A DNA stretch of 64,000 nucleotides from Squalus acanthias (taxonomy: Eukaryota), in assembly GCA_030390025.1 (NCBI GenBank), contig JASTWF010000362.1, forward strand, positions 124,001 through 188,000. The letters run 5' to 3'. The position numbers were made by a program, and so were the translations under genes. The notes below the pieces were generated by a model. That model worked only from the letters and a program-made list of their open reading frames with translations, was not told the DNA's origin and searched no databases. The number at the start of each line of letters is the position of its first letter. The stretch's first letter is position 1. Of the stretch, positions 47,646 through 60,914 are shown in pieces.

Positions 47646-48397
47646 TGGCCCGTAATTTACGGTCAGCGGCGAAGCAATGGCGATCGCTGCTGACCTCGAA
47701 GAAAGCTGCCCACAGAGATTGCGTGATCTCTGTGGCGAAAACTTTAGCTTCCTTGACGTGTAATTGATTGTATCGCTGTGAAAAGGGGCTTCCTAGTGTA
47801 GAGCAGCAGTGACGTCATCAAGCTGTCTAAGCAGCCAATCACATTGAAGAATTCTCACAGACAGCAAACCAGGAAATAAAATAGCACTGATTATCTTTCT
47901 CTTTTTGAAAATGTTACAGAGAGCGAAATAAATATCGAGACGTACACATGGGGTTAAGGTAGAAGCTGAAATATTATGAACAAACTTAAAACTTTTTTTG
48001 TAAATCTAGTAATTTTTTATCATAATGGAGAAATTTGACATTCCACAAATATAGAATTCGTTTTTCAGGGCCAGAACGGTTGTTTAGCAGTCAATACGCT
48101 GTTAAAAGCCCAGTTACACCTGTTCCAACAAGGCTGAACATTTAATGGGGTGTTTAACAGCGATATTAGCGTGGAAAAGCTTATGTTTTCGTCAGTTCCA
48201 CTGATTTCACTGATTGCCGGCTTTGGAGGGGATTCCACAGCACAGGCAGTGTCGGAGCAGGGAATGAATGACCGCAACTTCAGGATTTCTGCATTTAGCT
48301 GTGCATGCGCTAAATTCTGAAATTGCGGTCAGTTTCAGGGGGTACTGACGGCGAACACTGACAGTTCACCGTCATTACATACCGTAAAATTGGGTAT
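47646..48397. mobile_element. possible non-autonomous TIR element
   Basis: Imperfect inverted termini gcccgtaatttacggt / accgtaaaattgggta and CpG-rich ends. No coding content. Confidence 0.4.
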
Positions 48398-50279
48398 ATT
48401 TCTTCGTTACGCTCAACTTTTTATTCAAGAAAACAAAAATACTAGAGCAGCCTGGTTTGCTCCTAGAATGCAGTTGACAGTTTTTGAGCACATACCCTTC
48501 AATAAATTGCTCAAGCTTTTCATGCCTGAATGCATGAGTCGACGCTTCACTGATTTTTACATGTTTTTTAATTAACGAAAGCCTAGGGATAAATTGAGGC
48601 TTCCAAATTAGACTACCAACCTAGGAAGCTGCAGCATTTGCACCCCAAGGTGGCACAGTACAGAAGGCAGTGTTTGAACACTGGAATGTTAGCATTTTCA
48701 GCCTGCCTGCAATTCCCTCTCACCTCTGATGCACCCAGACCTCATAAAAGCCCGTGTCAACTCCCTCCCAAAATGTTTCCAAATCTCCCTCCTGATCAGT
48801 GTGGCAGTTTATTAAATATGAATGCTATCTCCTGATCACGGTCTCACAGAGAGAGAGAGAGACATACAGCAAATGTTGCAAGTACATCTATTCGTCACAA
48901 TCTGAAATCTGCCTATTTCCCCAGAGTGGGAATAGACCAATTTCAGAGCAGGAGAGAAGCTGGAATATAGCCCTGTCCCCCAGTAGTAGTCCCAGTTTTC
49001 TCTCTCATTGTAAGAGGGAGTGCAGGGGAAACAGTAATATTTATGCCACGTTGAGCAGAAAGGAGGATTTGGAGCCATACTGGGCGGGTTGTGTTTGGGC
49101 CAGGGGATAATTCAGGAGCACAATGAGTATAAAGGACTTTTTTTTTTAAAAGTCCCTCAAGAACACCACCTAGATGCTTGAACATCAAGTGCTCATTATT
49201 GCTGAACTCTTCTCAATAGGCATAGGATAGAATGTTGATGTTGAAATCTCCATTGGACAACTTGGGTTTAAACCTGCCACAACTGGCATTTAAAAACTTG
49301 GTTATTCTCAGTGGATGGGTATCGGCAGATCTTAGCGAGGTCAGTAGAAGCGAGCTTTTGTGATGGTGGAATGATCCACCTCTTAAGTTCGGGAGGTTTG
49401 ATTTAGAAGGGAACAGGAGGAGAAAATATCAGTGAGACCTGCAACACGTCCCATTGGCTGGTACTCGGCAGAGTTGGCGACAACCAAACAGAAGTCCACG
49501 GCTTTGACCAGCCTGATATGCTGTTTCAAACAGGCGATGCAAGGGCTGAGAAAGGGTATAAAAACATTACGACTATCACAACTACTACTTGCATTTATAT
49601 AGCGCCTTGAACGTAGAAAAATGTCCCCTTCACAGAGGCATAATCAAAAAATGGACATGGAGCCAAAGAAGGAGATGTTAGAATGGCTGATCAAAAGCTT
49701 AGGAACATAGGAATTGCTTGACAAAAAAGACCATCTAGTTCGGCTTCTACCATCCTGGCAGTTGCACGATCCAACGATAATGGAGTTGTTGACTAATCAC
49801 AGCGATCAATCTCTATCAATGAGTCTACAACAGACCCAGACATGAGGTGAGGAAAACCCCAGTGGTGGAGAGCTTTGGGACCCAGAGTCACCTGATCCTC
49901 CCGAGCACGCTACACTCACCACACGTCATGTCTCAGATTACTCACATATTGTACTCCAAAATGTTATTTTGTTTAGGCCAGGGGTATTGATGACTCAGAA
50001 GCATGGTCAAAGGGTGGATTAATTTTAAGGATGGTCTTAAAGAAGGAGCAGAGGGACTTATGGAGGGAATTGCAGAGTGTCGAGCCCAGGCAGCTAACGG
50101 CACAGCCGCCAATAATGGAGTAAGGGGAGGGGGGATGCATAAGAGGCCAGAATCAGAGGAATGGAGAGTTCGGGGAGGAGTTGTGTAGTAAAATTACAAC
50201 AAAGATGTTATAGAGATATCCTAGTGCGGAATTGAATTTCCAAAGAGCCCAACTGCAAAGTCCAACCTCAACTATTACA

Positions 50280-51880
50280 AAATAACAACAGAAAACGCTG
50301 GAAAAACTCAGCAGGCCAGGCAGCATCCGTGGAGAGAGAAACAGAGTTAACGTTTCAGGTCGAAGACCTTTCGTCAGAACTGGAAAAAAGCAGGGAAGGG
50401 AACAGATTTTAAAGCAAGTTTAGGGCTGGGAAATGGGGGAGGGGATGAAAGAACAAAAGGAAAGGTCAGTGATAGGATGGAAGGCAGGAGAAGTAAAGAG
50501 GCATTAAGAGATATTCAAGGCAAGAGGAGATGGTAATGGGACAGGTTAAGGAACAAAGGATGGCTCTAGATGAAGTGTGAATTGCGCTGGCAGAATGAAG
50601 GACAGCTGCCATGTGGGAGGGAAAAAAAAAAGGCCAAACAAATAGTGTGGATAAAAAAATATATATATGTGATAGGGGCCGAGGTTATGATCTGAAATTG
50701 TTGAACTCTATGTTGAGTCCAGAGGGCTGTAGAGTGCCTAATCGAAAGATGAGGTGCTGTTCCTCGAGCTTACGCTGAGCTTCCGTTGAGCTTCCTTGGA
50801 ACAGTGTGAGAGACCGAGGACGGTGAGGTCTGAGTGGGAATGGAGCGGTGAATTAAAGTGACAGGCAACCGGAAGCTCGGGGTCCCCCTTACGGACTGAA
50901 CGGAGGTGTTCCGCAAAGCGGTCACCCAATCTGCGTTTGGTCTCCCCAATGTAGAGGAGACCACATCGTGAGCAGCGAATACAGTATACTAAATTGCAAG
51001 AAGTACAAGTAAATCGCTTGGAAGGGGTGTTTGGGGCCCTGGACAGTGGGAAGGGGGGAGGTATAAGGGCATGTGTTGCATCTCCTGCGCTTGCACGGGA
51101 AGGTGCCGGGCGAAGGGGAAGGGGTGCTGGGGGTGGGAGAGGAGTGGACTAGGGTGCCGTGGAGGGAGCGGTCCCTACGGAATGCTGAAAGGGGAGGTGA
51201 GGGGAAGATGCATTTGGTGGTGGGATCACGCTGGAGGTGGCGGAAATGGCGGCGGATGATCCGTTGAATGTGGAGGCTGGTGGGGTTAAAGGTGAGGACA
51301 AGGGGAACCCTATTGTGGTTCCGGGAGGGAGGGGCAGGGGTGAGGGCAGAAGTGCGGGAGATAGAACGGACACGGTCGAGGGCCGTGTCAACCACAGTAG
51401 AGGGGAATCCTCGGTTGAGGAAAAAGGAAGACATGTCGGAAGCACTGGTATGGAAGGTGGCATCGTCAGAGCAGATGCAGCAGAGACGGAGAAACTGGGA
51501 GAATGGAATAGAGTCCTTACAGGAGGCGGGGTGGGAGGAAGTGTAGTCCAGGTAGCTGTGGGAGTCAGTGGGCTTGTAGTGAATGTTTGTCAATAACCTA
51601 TCCCCAGAGATGGAGACGGAGAAGTCGAGGAAGGGAAGGGAAGAGTCGGAGATGGACCATATGAAGGTGAGGGAAGGGTGGAAATTGGAAGCAAAGTGAA
51701 TGAAATTTTCTAGTTCAGGGCGAGAGCAGGAAACGGCACCAATACAGTCATCAATGTACCGGAAAAAGAGGTGAGGGAGGGGACCCGAGTAGGACTGGAA
51801 CAGAGAGTGTTCCACATATCCCACGAAAAGGCAGACATAGCTAAGACCCATGCGGGTACCCATAGCAACACCTTTGATTT
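50280..51880 (-). mobile_element. 5'-truncated Penelope-like retroelement (RT C-half + GIY-YIG endonuclease + pLTR)
   Basis: AMGTRMG.SY.CLFVGYVE, FFRYIDD, PFLDF, YKPTDSHSYLDYTSSHP, SIPFSQFLRL; then, after a frameshift, VYCIRCSRCGLLYIGETKRRLGDRFAEH and PVACHFN. Confidence 0.9.
50345..50381 (-). ncRNA. minimal hammerhead ribozyme at the Penelope 3' pLTR
   Basis: aguu-CUGACGA-a-agguc/uuc/gaccu-GAAA-cg-UU-aacu. Confidence 0.75.
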
Positions 51881-52217
51881 GGAGGAAATGAGTGGAGTTA
51901 TTACTCTTGGGTCTATTATAACTAGGGTCACCTAAAATGGGGAAACTTTGGTGGTTTTAAATCAGATTTACCGAGAGGCAAAAATCGACACGAGCTGTGA
52001 GTGAGCCCGACACAAGTAGATCTAATGTTAGTCAAATATAGACTTCCTCTGGCTATATGATGAAACTGAGTGGGAATGGCAGGATACTAATAGAAAATTA
52101 ATTACAGAGAACAGAAAAATCTAAGATCCACAGGTACAATGGAAACACTGGTTAAATTTCCTAAGCTAATTGTATCTGGAAAAAGATGTCACCAAAGTTG
52201 ATCGCCTATTTATTAAA

Positions 52218-52850
52218 AGAAAGAAAGACTTGCATTTCTATAGCGCCTTTCACAACCACCGGACGTCCCAAAGTGCTTTACAGCCAATGAAGTACATTTT
52301 GAAGTGTAGTCACTGTTGTAATGTAGGAAACACAGCAGCCTATTTGTGCACAGCAAGCTCCCACAAACAGCAATGTGATAATGACCAGATCATCTGCTTT
52401 TGTTATGTTGAGTTGATTGCACTTAATCAGCTGTCAGCCTTGGATCAGTTGGTAGCACTCTCGCCTCTGAGTCAGAAGGTTGTGGGTTCAAGTCCCCACT
52501 CCAGAGACTTGAGCACTTAATCTCGGCTGACACTTCTGCGCAGCACTGAGGGAGCGCTGCACTGTCGGAGGTGACGTCTTTCGGATGAGATGTTACACCG
52601 AGGTCCCGTCTGCCCTCTCAAGTAGACGTGAAAGATCCCGCGGCACTGTTCGAAGAGGAGCCTGGCCAATATTTATCCCTCAACCAACATCACCAAAACA
52701 GTTATCTGGTCATTATCACATTGCTGTTTGTGGGAGCTTGCTATGCGCAACTCAGCTGCTGCGTTAGTTACCATACTTCAAAATCACTTTATTGACTGTA
52801 AAGCGCTTTGGGACGTCGAGGTTGTGAAAGGTGCTAAATGTCTTTCCTTT
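52218..52850. mobile_element. inverted pair of DeuSINEs (minus 3' part 52218-52410; plus full copy 52431-52850)
   Basis: Both match the DeuSINE consensus in opposite orientations. Confidence 0.8.
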
Positions 52851-52909
52851 TTATGTGTTCTGCCTACTATACAAGAAAGTGAAGTCCATAAAATTGATGG
52901 TTCCATTAC

Positions 52910-53007
52910 TTGTAATTCCAGGAATTTGGCCATAAAGCTGATGTTCTTGCTGACGTCCATCTGCGCTGGAGTTTGAAGCTCCAGTTCTCTCTCCTTTTGT
53001 TCCTCAC
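52910..53007 (-). CDS. POMT1: POMT1 coding exon
   Basis: (S)[36 protein letters not shown] flanks, 98 nt. Confidence 0.95.
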
Positions 53008-54281
53008 CTGGGTGTGAAAGTGAAAAAAAGACAAGTTTTAAAAAGCAAGGCACCTTGCTGAAATATAAAAGGGACATATGGAAATGCCTGCAAGTTTGAG
53101 GGGAGTTATCCCCTTGCATTTCAAAGCTCATATTCACAACTAATACATGGTCAATTACACGTATTCCATTATTATCACTCTCGTTGATTAATATTTTAGA
53201 AAAAAATAGTTGGTCGTGATTACAAAGCAATATTCTGATCAAGGAGCTCAAATATCATTACAATCTGGAACAGCAAAGCTAGAGCTGCTTTTGATTTTTT
53301 TGCCTTTTAATTCATTTTTCAAAAAATTGAAGACAAGACTTTTATGTAAAGTCTTTGAAAATTTCAATAGAATGGATTTGGCAGAAAAATATATTTTGGA
53401 TGTCGGCGTGTCAGTGCATACACAGCGAACAATGTGTAACGATCAAAGCCACTGATTTGCTTCGGAGGGCAATGATGGGCGACGGAGAAAGCAGGAACAA
53501 AATAGATCCTTTTACATTGAGCAATAGTCCTGCCATTTAGGGGAGGGGTTGTGTGGTTTGCCTGGCTTCAAGTATGGCACTGCTACTTACTGACTTATTT
53601 CCCTCTACTGTATTGATCTGCCTACTCCCTCTGGGAAATGGTTTGGATGTTTAGGGATTTAAGCAGCGGGGGCAGGGGTTGTGTTATATGTACCTCCCAA
53701 TAGAGCTGCAATCTATTGTGGACAAGCAGCATTTTTACACTAAAAATTCATCTTGCCTACATCTGCCCAACTTCCTGATGAAGTTATGGAAACACGAAGT
53801 GTAAAAATCTTCCTCATTCAAACAACTACTTTTATTTATACAGCGCCTTAAACGTAGTAAAATGTGCCAAGGCACTTCACAGGAGCGATTATCAAACAAA
53901 ATCTGACACCGAGCCACATAAGGAGATATTCGGACAGGCGACCAAAAGTTTGGTCAAAGACTTAGGTTCTAAGGAGAGGTGGAGAGGTTTAGGGAGGGAA
54001 TTCCAGAGCTTAGGGCTCAGGCAGTTGAAGGCACGGCCACCAATGGTGGAGCGATTAAAATCGGGGATGTGCAAGAGGCCAGAATTGGAGGAGCGCAGAG
54101 ATCTGAGGGTTGTAAAGCTGGAGGAGATTACAGAGATAGGGAGGGGGCAGAGGCCATGGAGGGATTTGAAAACAAGGCTGAGAATTTTAAAATCCCCATC
54201 TCTGCAAGTTTAAATACTTTTGGATTCCCTTTCATGTCCTCAACTTCAGCTCTGTTTCCAATAGTCAACAAAGAGCCTTAC

Positions 54282-54402
54282 TTTTTCCGTATCGGTGCTC
54301 CTCGACATTCCACGCCATGTTCTGGTGATAGACCTTAGAGCTTTTATCTCCAACAATCTCCAACTGGCGATAGCCCCAATCAGGCAAAGCAGTACCACTT
54401 AG
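54282..54402 (-). CDS. POMT1: POMT1 coding exon (MIR domain region)
   Basis: [40 protein letters not shown], aag| acceptor and |gtaagg donor, 121 nt. Confidence 0.95.
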
Positions 54403-54804
54403 CTTTAAGGGAAAAGCACAATAAAACATCACAGCACTGAGATGTTCGCAAAGTAGAGAACAGTTTAAAATGGCACTGATCATGCAAACTTCAATCAAAT
54501 TTTCTCAGAAGCTGAAAGGGACAGATAAATAAAGGCTGTATTTGTTACATAGAATAAAGACAGAGGCTTCCCAAAATTAACATTCATCCCACACAAATGC
54601 CAGGCAATGACCATCTCCAACAAGAGAAAGTCTAACCACCTCCCCTTGACATTCAATGGCATTACCCATCATCGAATCCCCCACCATCAACATCCTGGGG
54701 GTCACCATTGACCAGAAACTTAACTGGACCGGCCACATAAATACTGTGGCAACAAGAGCAGGTCAGAGGCTGGGTATTCTGTGGAGATTGACTCACCTCC
54801 TGAC

Positions 54805-54898
54805 CACTGTTCCCTTTTATTTTTTTTGGCCCCTTTAAGAGGCTGCGCAAAATTTAACGTTGAAAAAGCCAGTCCCGGGATGTGCGGCCGCGTCGTTG
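54805..54898. mobile_element. 94-bp deleted MITE with perfect 8-bp TSD
   Basis: ctcctgac at 54797-54804 and 54899-54906. Begins cactgttccc, like the 29323 MITE. Confidence 0.75.
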
Positions 54899-55382
54899 CT
54901 CCTGACTACCCAAAGCCTTTCCACCATCTATAAGGCACAAGTAAGGAGTGTGATGGAATACTCTCCACTTGCCTGGATGAGTGCAGCTCCAACAACACTC
55001 AAGAAGCTAGACACCATGCGGGACAAAGCAGCCCACTTGATTGGCACCCCATCCACCACCTTAAACATTCACTCCCTCCACCACCGGCGCACCATAGCTG
55101 CAGTGTGCATCATCTACAAGATGCACTGCAGCAACTCGCCAAGGCTTCTTCGACAGTAGCTCCCAAGCCCACGACCTCTACCACCTAGGACAGGGGCTGC
55201 AGGCGCATGGGAACACCACCACCTCCAAGTTCTCCTCCAAGTCACACACCATCCTGACTTGGAAATATATCGCCATTTTTCATCGTCGCTGGGTCAAAAT
55301 CCTGGAACTCCCTACCTAACAGCACTGTGAAAAGAAAGAAAGACTTGCATTTATATAGCGCTTTTCATGACCACCGGACCTC

Positions 55383-56299
55383 ATAGAATGGTTACAGCAC
55401 GGAAGGCGGCCATTCGGCCCGTTGAACCTGTGCCGGCTCTCTGCAAGAACACTTCAGCTAGTCCCACTCCCCCGCCCTTTCCCCGTAGCCCTGCAAATTT
55501 TTTTCCTTCAGATACTTATCCAACTCCCTTTTGAAAGATAAGATTGAGTCTTCCGCCACCACCCTTTCAGGAAGTGCCTTCCAGATCTTAACCACTCGCT
55601 GCGTAAAAAAGTTATTTCGCCAATCACCTTAAATCTGTGTCCTCTGGTTCTCGACCCTTCTGCCAATGGGAACAGTTTCCCTCTATCTACTCTGTCCAGA
55701 CCCCTCATGATTTTGAACACCTCTATCAAATCTCCTCTCAATCTTCCGTGCTCCAAGGAGAACAACCCCAGCTTCTCCAGTCTATCAACTTAACTGAAGT
55801 CCGTCATTCCTGGAATCATTCTCGTAAATCGTTTCTGCACCTTCTCTAAGGCCTTCACATCCTTCCTAAAGTGTGGTGCCCAGAATTGGACACAGTACTC
55901 CAGTTGGGGCCGAACCAGTGTTTTATACAGGTTCATCATAATTTCCACACTTTTATACTTAATACCTCTATTTATGAAGCCCAGGATCCCGTAAGTCTTT
56001 TTAACTGCTTTCTCAACCGGCCCTGCCACTTTCAACAATTTGTGCACACATACCCCCAGGTCTCTCTGTTCGTGCATCCCCTTCAGGATTGTACCATTTA
56101 GATTATATGTCCTCTCCCCATTCTTTGTACCAAAATGTATCACTTCACACTTTTCTGCATTAAATTTCATCTGCCACGTGTCCGCCCATTTCACCAGCCT
56201 GTCTATGTCTTCCTGAAGTCCATCACTCTCCTCCTCACTGTTCACTATACTTCCAAGTTTTGTCTCATCTGCTAATTTTGAATTGTGCCCTGTACACCC
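55383..56299 (-). mobile_element. CR1 3' fragment nested in a minus-strand DeuSINE
   Basis: SKLADETKLG..LEYCVQFWAPHFRKD remnant, TSD acctc at 55378-55382 / 56300-56304. Confidence 0.85.
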
Positions 56300-57788
56300 A
56301 CCTCCCAAAGCACTTTACAGTCAATGAAGTACTTTTGAAGCCTGGATTTTTGTGCTCAAGTCTCTGGAGAGGGACTTGAACCCACAATCTTCTGACTCAG
56401 GCGCGAGTGCTACCAACTGAGCCACAGCTGACACTGTGGGAGTACCTTCACCACACGGACTACAGCCGTGCAAGAAGACGACTCCACCACCACCTTAAGG
56501 GCAATTAGGGATGGGCAATAAATGCTGGCCTTGCCAGCGACACCCACATCCCGTGAATGAATTTAAAAAAATGGTAAGCTCTCCATACATCCGAAAGAAG
56601 ACGGACTTGTTGCAGGTATTAATGATATTGGCTTGCTTTATTCCTTTTATGCAGGAACGCACAATTACAACCTAAAAGTGAACTTTTAGCATTGGGTCTC
56701 CTAGTACAATACCTGTCCAAGAATGGATGTGATCTACACTCAAAACTCTCTCAGCTTGCGAAGACATAGACAGGCTGGTGAAATGGGCGGACACGTGGCA
56801 GATGAAATTTAACGCAGAAAAGTGTGAAGTGATACATTTTGGTAGAAAGAATGGGGAGAGGCAATATAAACTAAATGGTACAATCCTGAAGGGGGTGCAC
56901 GAACAGGGAGACCTGTGGGTGTGTGTGCACCTTCTCTAAGGCCTGTGAACTCTGCACAGGAAGATTAACTTTACAGTTTTCTTTGTGGGAATCCATCTGG
57001 CTCCACAATGGTACAGTCAAGATAAGGAATCCTCAGTGCAGGTAATGAAAAAAAAGCGCATCTAACCCTCCCCGTCCCTAGGCAGCACAATCAGGTACCC
57101 TTAGCAATTCCACACAAGGGTTTTCAAGATATGGGCAGCAAAAACAAGATTCTCTAAGCAAATAATATTCCTATAAAGGGGTGGAAATCTAGCACTCACT
57201 CCCAGGAGCAATTTCCTTAAACATTCTCGTGTCAGTAATGTGCGGAATACATTTAGTTGGAACTTCCCACCAGCTTCAGTGTCTGTCCAAGCTTTGCTCA
57301 AAAAAGGAATACTCCACAACTCTTAATTTTGCAAGCATATATAATTCTATAAATCTTGAGGCGGACATCATCCCTCCCATCCTGAATCAGCTAAAAGACC
57401 GACAGAAAGGAATAGTTTATGCCCTTCAATTCTTTTAATGCGCGGTATTTACAATGTAAAAGCCGGTGAGCAGCCTACGCGGGATCTTTGAGATTACTGC
57501 GCAGCCGCACACCTTAGGGGGAAACATTGGTCTCGATATACAAATTCTTTACACGACTGTAAAAGGGCTATGAATGTGCAGTCCCCTCCAGACATTCAAA
57601 CTCCTGGGAAGATAGCGCACCCAAGCTGCAACCAGTAAGGTTAGAGCTCTTGGTTAAACATATACTTGTGTGCAGATCCTGTGAATGCGGTTTGTAGTGG
57701 TGGTATGATGAGTACGTGTACTTTAAAAGCCGCAAAAGATAAGGAATATCAAGGTCATTAACAGCCTGTACGTATCCTACAAACTCAC

Positions 57789-57881
57789 CTTTAACACTGC
57801 AGATGTATTCACATGTAAAAGCTTCACTTCCGATAAGATAGTTTTCCACACTTCATTCTCAGTTTCACGATTGGTAATTTC
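57789..57881 (-). CDS. POMT1: POMT1 coding exon (MIR domain)
   Basis: [31 protein letters not shown], ttcag| and |gtgagt, 93 nt. Confidence 0.95.
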
Positions 57882-59017
57882 CTGAAACAAAAAAAACATG
57901 GAATTAAAAATTAATCCACGGGGGAACTGGCCTGTTTGTGCGGTTTAGAGAAAGGGTGGATTCAGATGTTGTGTAAAATCAGATAATGTACGTGTTTATA
58001 AAAGCAGGAATTAAAGTAGGACTGGTGGAATTCGCATTTCAACCAATGGCCATAATGTTGGCATTTTCACTTAACAACTGCTATGCTGCAGTCTGTGCAA
58101 CAAATAGAAACTTAACACTAGAGTTCATGGATCCTAAAGAGTCTACGAGGAGAACTTAGGAGGTCCCGAAGCTCATCGGTTTACTGTCTGCACTTTTACT
58201 GTATTTGTTACGTAGAATTATAGCGTTTACAGCACAGAAACAGGCCATTCGGCCCAACTGCTCCATGCCAACGTTTATGCTCCACACGAACCTCCTCCCA
58301 CCCTAACAGCATATCCTTCTATTCCTTTCTCCCTGTGTTCATCTAGCTTCCCCTTAAAGGCATCTATGCTATTCACCGCAACCGCTCCCTGTGGTAGCAG
58401 TTTCCACATTCTCACCACTCTCTGGGTAAAGAAGTCTCTCCTGAATTCCCTATTGGATTATCTTATATTTACGGCCCCTAGTTTTGGTCTCCCCAACAAG
58501 TGGAATCATCTTCTCTACATCTACCCTATCAAACCCCCTCATAATTTTAAAGTCCTCTATTAGGTCACCCCTCAGACTTACTAACATGTTATGGCCGTCC
58601 CTTCAGCTCCCAGGGGCCTAAGCTCTGGAATCCATTCCCTAAACCTCTTCGCCCATCTCTCTCCTCCTCTAAGACGCTCCTTAAACCTACCTTTTTGACC
58701 AAGCTTTTAGTCATCTGTTCCAGTATCTCTTTATATGGCTCGGTGTCAAGCTTTGTTTGGTAACACGCCTGTGACACGCCTTGGGATGTTTTTACTACAT
58801 TAAAGGTGCTATGTAAATGCAAGTTGTTATTTTAGTTGCTGTACACTAATGCAAAAAAAGGTTTGCGTCAATTCTGGCACCGTTTTCTTTTTGGGCAGCA
58901 GACAAAGTGGGGCCCTGCGGATATGTTAAATTATCTGCCGGGGGTCTCCGCACAAAGGTTTGATAACCACTCATCTAACATTTGTGATAGCTCCGACAAA
59001 TCTCACTCAGCGCTTAC

Positions 59018-59114
59018 CACTTTCCACAGGTTCTGTGCCGGCATAGAGATGTTGTAATCAACGTAGCAAGAAATCTCTTGCCAGTGAGGGCTCATAGGAG
59101 CTGCAACGTCATGC
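59018..59114 (-). CDS. POMT1: POMT1 coding exon (MIR domain)
   Basis: [36 protein letters not shown] flanks, 97 nt. Confidence 0.95.
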
Positions 59115-60402
59115 CTAAAAACAAAATTCATCACAGTCAGTAATAAATGCATTAATCATTATTTGTCCAATAGTTAAATGCAATATGAATCAGTACTCCG
59201 AGGTGACTTAGTGCCTCAGTGGCTGGCATAACATTGCAACACACAAAATAATAGGCTCTAAAATGACACTTGTGGGGAGATGCATTTATAGCACCTCATT
59301 GCATTGCTCAAACACACCAAGGTGCTTCACATACAATGAATAACTTTGAAGTTTTAGTGACCTGGGTTGATGGAGGAACACAGGCCAGGACATACAGTGC
59401 TGAAGTCTTTAATGTCCACCTGAATAATCAGAACAGGCAGCTGGGAACTCTGCTTAACGCATCACGTTAAAGATTGAACCTCCAGCAACGCAGCATTTCC
59501 TCAATACTGAAGTGGAGGAGTGTCAGCCTAGTTTATATGCGTAAATCCTGCAGCAAGGCTTGAACTCTCAACTCCTGTCTCAGAGGCGATGGTGTCCCAT
59601 TGACTGAGGCCGACACACCAACTTAGAAAGGGAGAAATGAAAAAAAATCAGGGACGGAAGGGGAGAAAATTTGCAGGGCTATGGGGAAAGAGTAGGGGAG
59701 TGGAACTAATTGGATAGCTCTTTCAAAGAGCTGGCACAGGCACAATGGGCCGAATGGCCTCCTTCTGTGCTGTATCATTCTGTGATTCTATATTGCCACC
59801 AACTCTGACACATCCTGCAGCGTCCAATTGACAGAGAGACACCAGCAAAGACCCAAGAACAGGTTGCCTCTCTTCGTTCAGATGAGGAATGCTGCATGCC
59901 GTAAGTAGGAGGAAAGGAGGATTTTTTAAAAATAACTGTCTGCAATGATGCTAAAAGGTGTTTAGGTTTTTGCAGAAGCAAAAATTGCTGTGATTTAAAA
60001 TTGTCAGTTACAGAGACGTGTAGAGAGATTTAAATACAACATAATCTTAGCATACCATCTTCCTGTTCACAGAATTATGCTGGAAACCCAGCAAGTCCAT
60101 CACCATCTGAAGAGATAAAAGATGCTCGTGGGTCTGCTGTATATTTCCAAAATTTTCTGCTTTTATTTCAGATTTCCAGCTTTTCTCTTTATAACTGATT
60201 ATCTTCCGATTCAATTGGCTAAATATTCTGAATTTAGGTCCAATATATACAAGGGTGCATGAGGTTTTCTGTTAAGAGTTCATATTTAGGAACAGACAAA
60301 CTCTCATCAATTATTCCACTGCACAGATTGATCAACACAAAGTGCGAATGCAAAGTGATGAAGAAAATACCAACACGGTCACAGCAGATATTCAGAACAT
60401 AC

Positions 60403-60495
60403 GTGTTGAGGTAACGTGCCGTCATCCCATGGACCAGCTGCACGATATCACCATGGCGAACCGGGCGAGGGGGGTTGCTGACAACCAGCTCCTGT
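60403..60495 (-). CDS. POMT1: POMT1 coding exon (MIR domain)
   Basis: [35 protein letters not shown] flanks, 93 nt. Confidence 0.95.
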
Positions 60496-60914
60496 CTGAA
60501 ATAAGAAAGCAATCACATTATATAGGGTCTACATAGTTTAAATTAAAACAGCAGTAGGCTAAACGCCCCCCGACAGGGGCATGCAGGATCAGGGTTTAGT
60601 TCTCAGTCTCAACTGACATTTCCCCACCCAATATTAAACTCGTTTGGCACTCCATCTCGGAAGTGTGAGAGGCCACTGCCGAGTGACAAGTGGCTTTGAG
60701 AAAAATGAATGAATCTCCTGTTGCATCAGAATCTTCTGATCACAGCTCCTGCCACTATTTACCAGCAGTCAACATGCAGCATCAAAGTACGTTCAGCCAG
60801 CAATCTCAAACCACGCGAGTAGAAGTCATCATTTATACATTGAATAGGTTTCTAATTTTCGCAAAATGTTGCCCTTTTCATGGTCACGTTAATAAGCAAT
60901 CTGTTATCACATAC

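Larger units (their letters stand above)
54580..56570 (+). mobile_element. non-LTR retrotransposon 3' part (CR1/L2-group RT) interrupted by a MITE, a SINE and a CR1
   Basis: KCQAMTIS..ILGVTIDQKLNW..IYKAQVRSVMEYSPLAW. The element resumes at 56432 after TSD cactgtg (55323-55329 / 56432-56438). Confidence 0.75.

Noticed and set aside
50922..51863. 313-aa ORF as a host or telomerase-like gene
   Set aside because: It is a 5'-truncated Penelope RT with a frameshifted GIY-YIG domain, inside a POMT1 intron.
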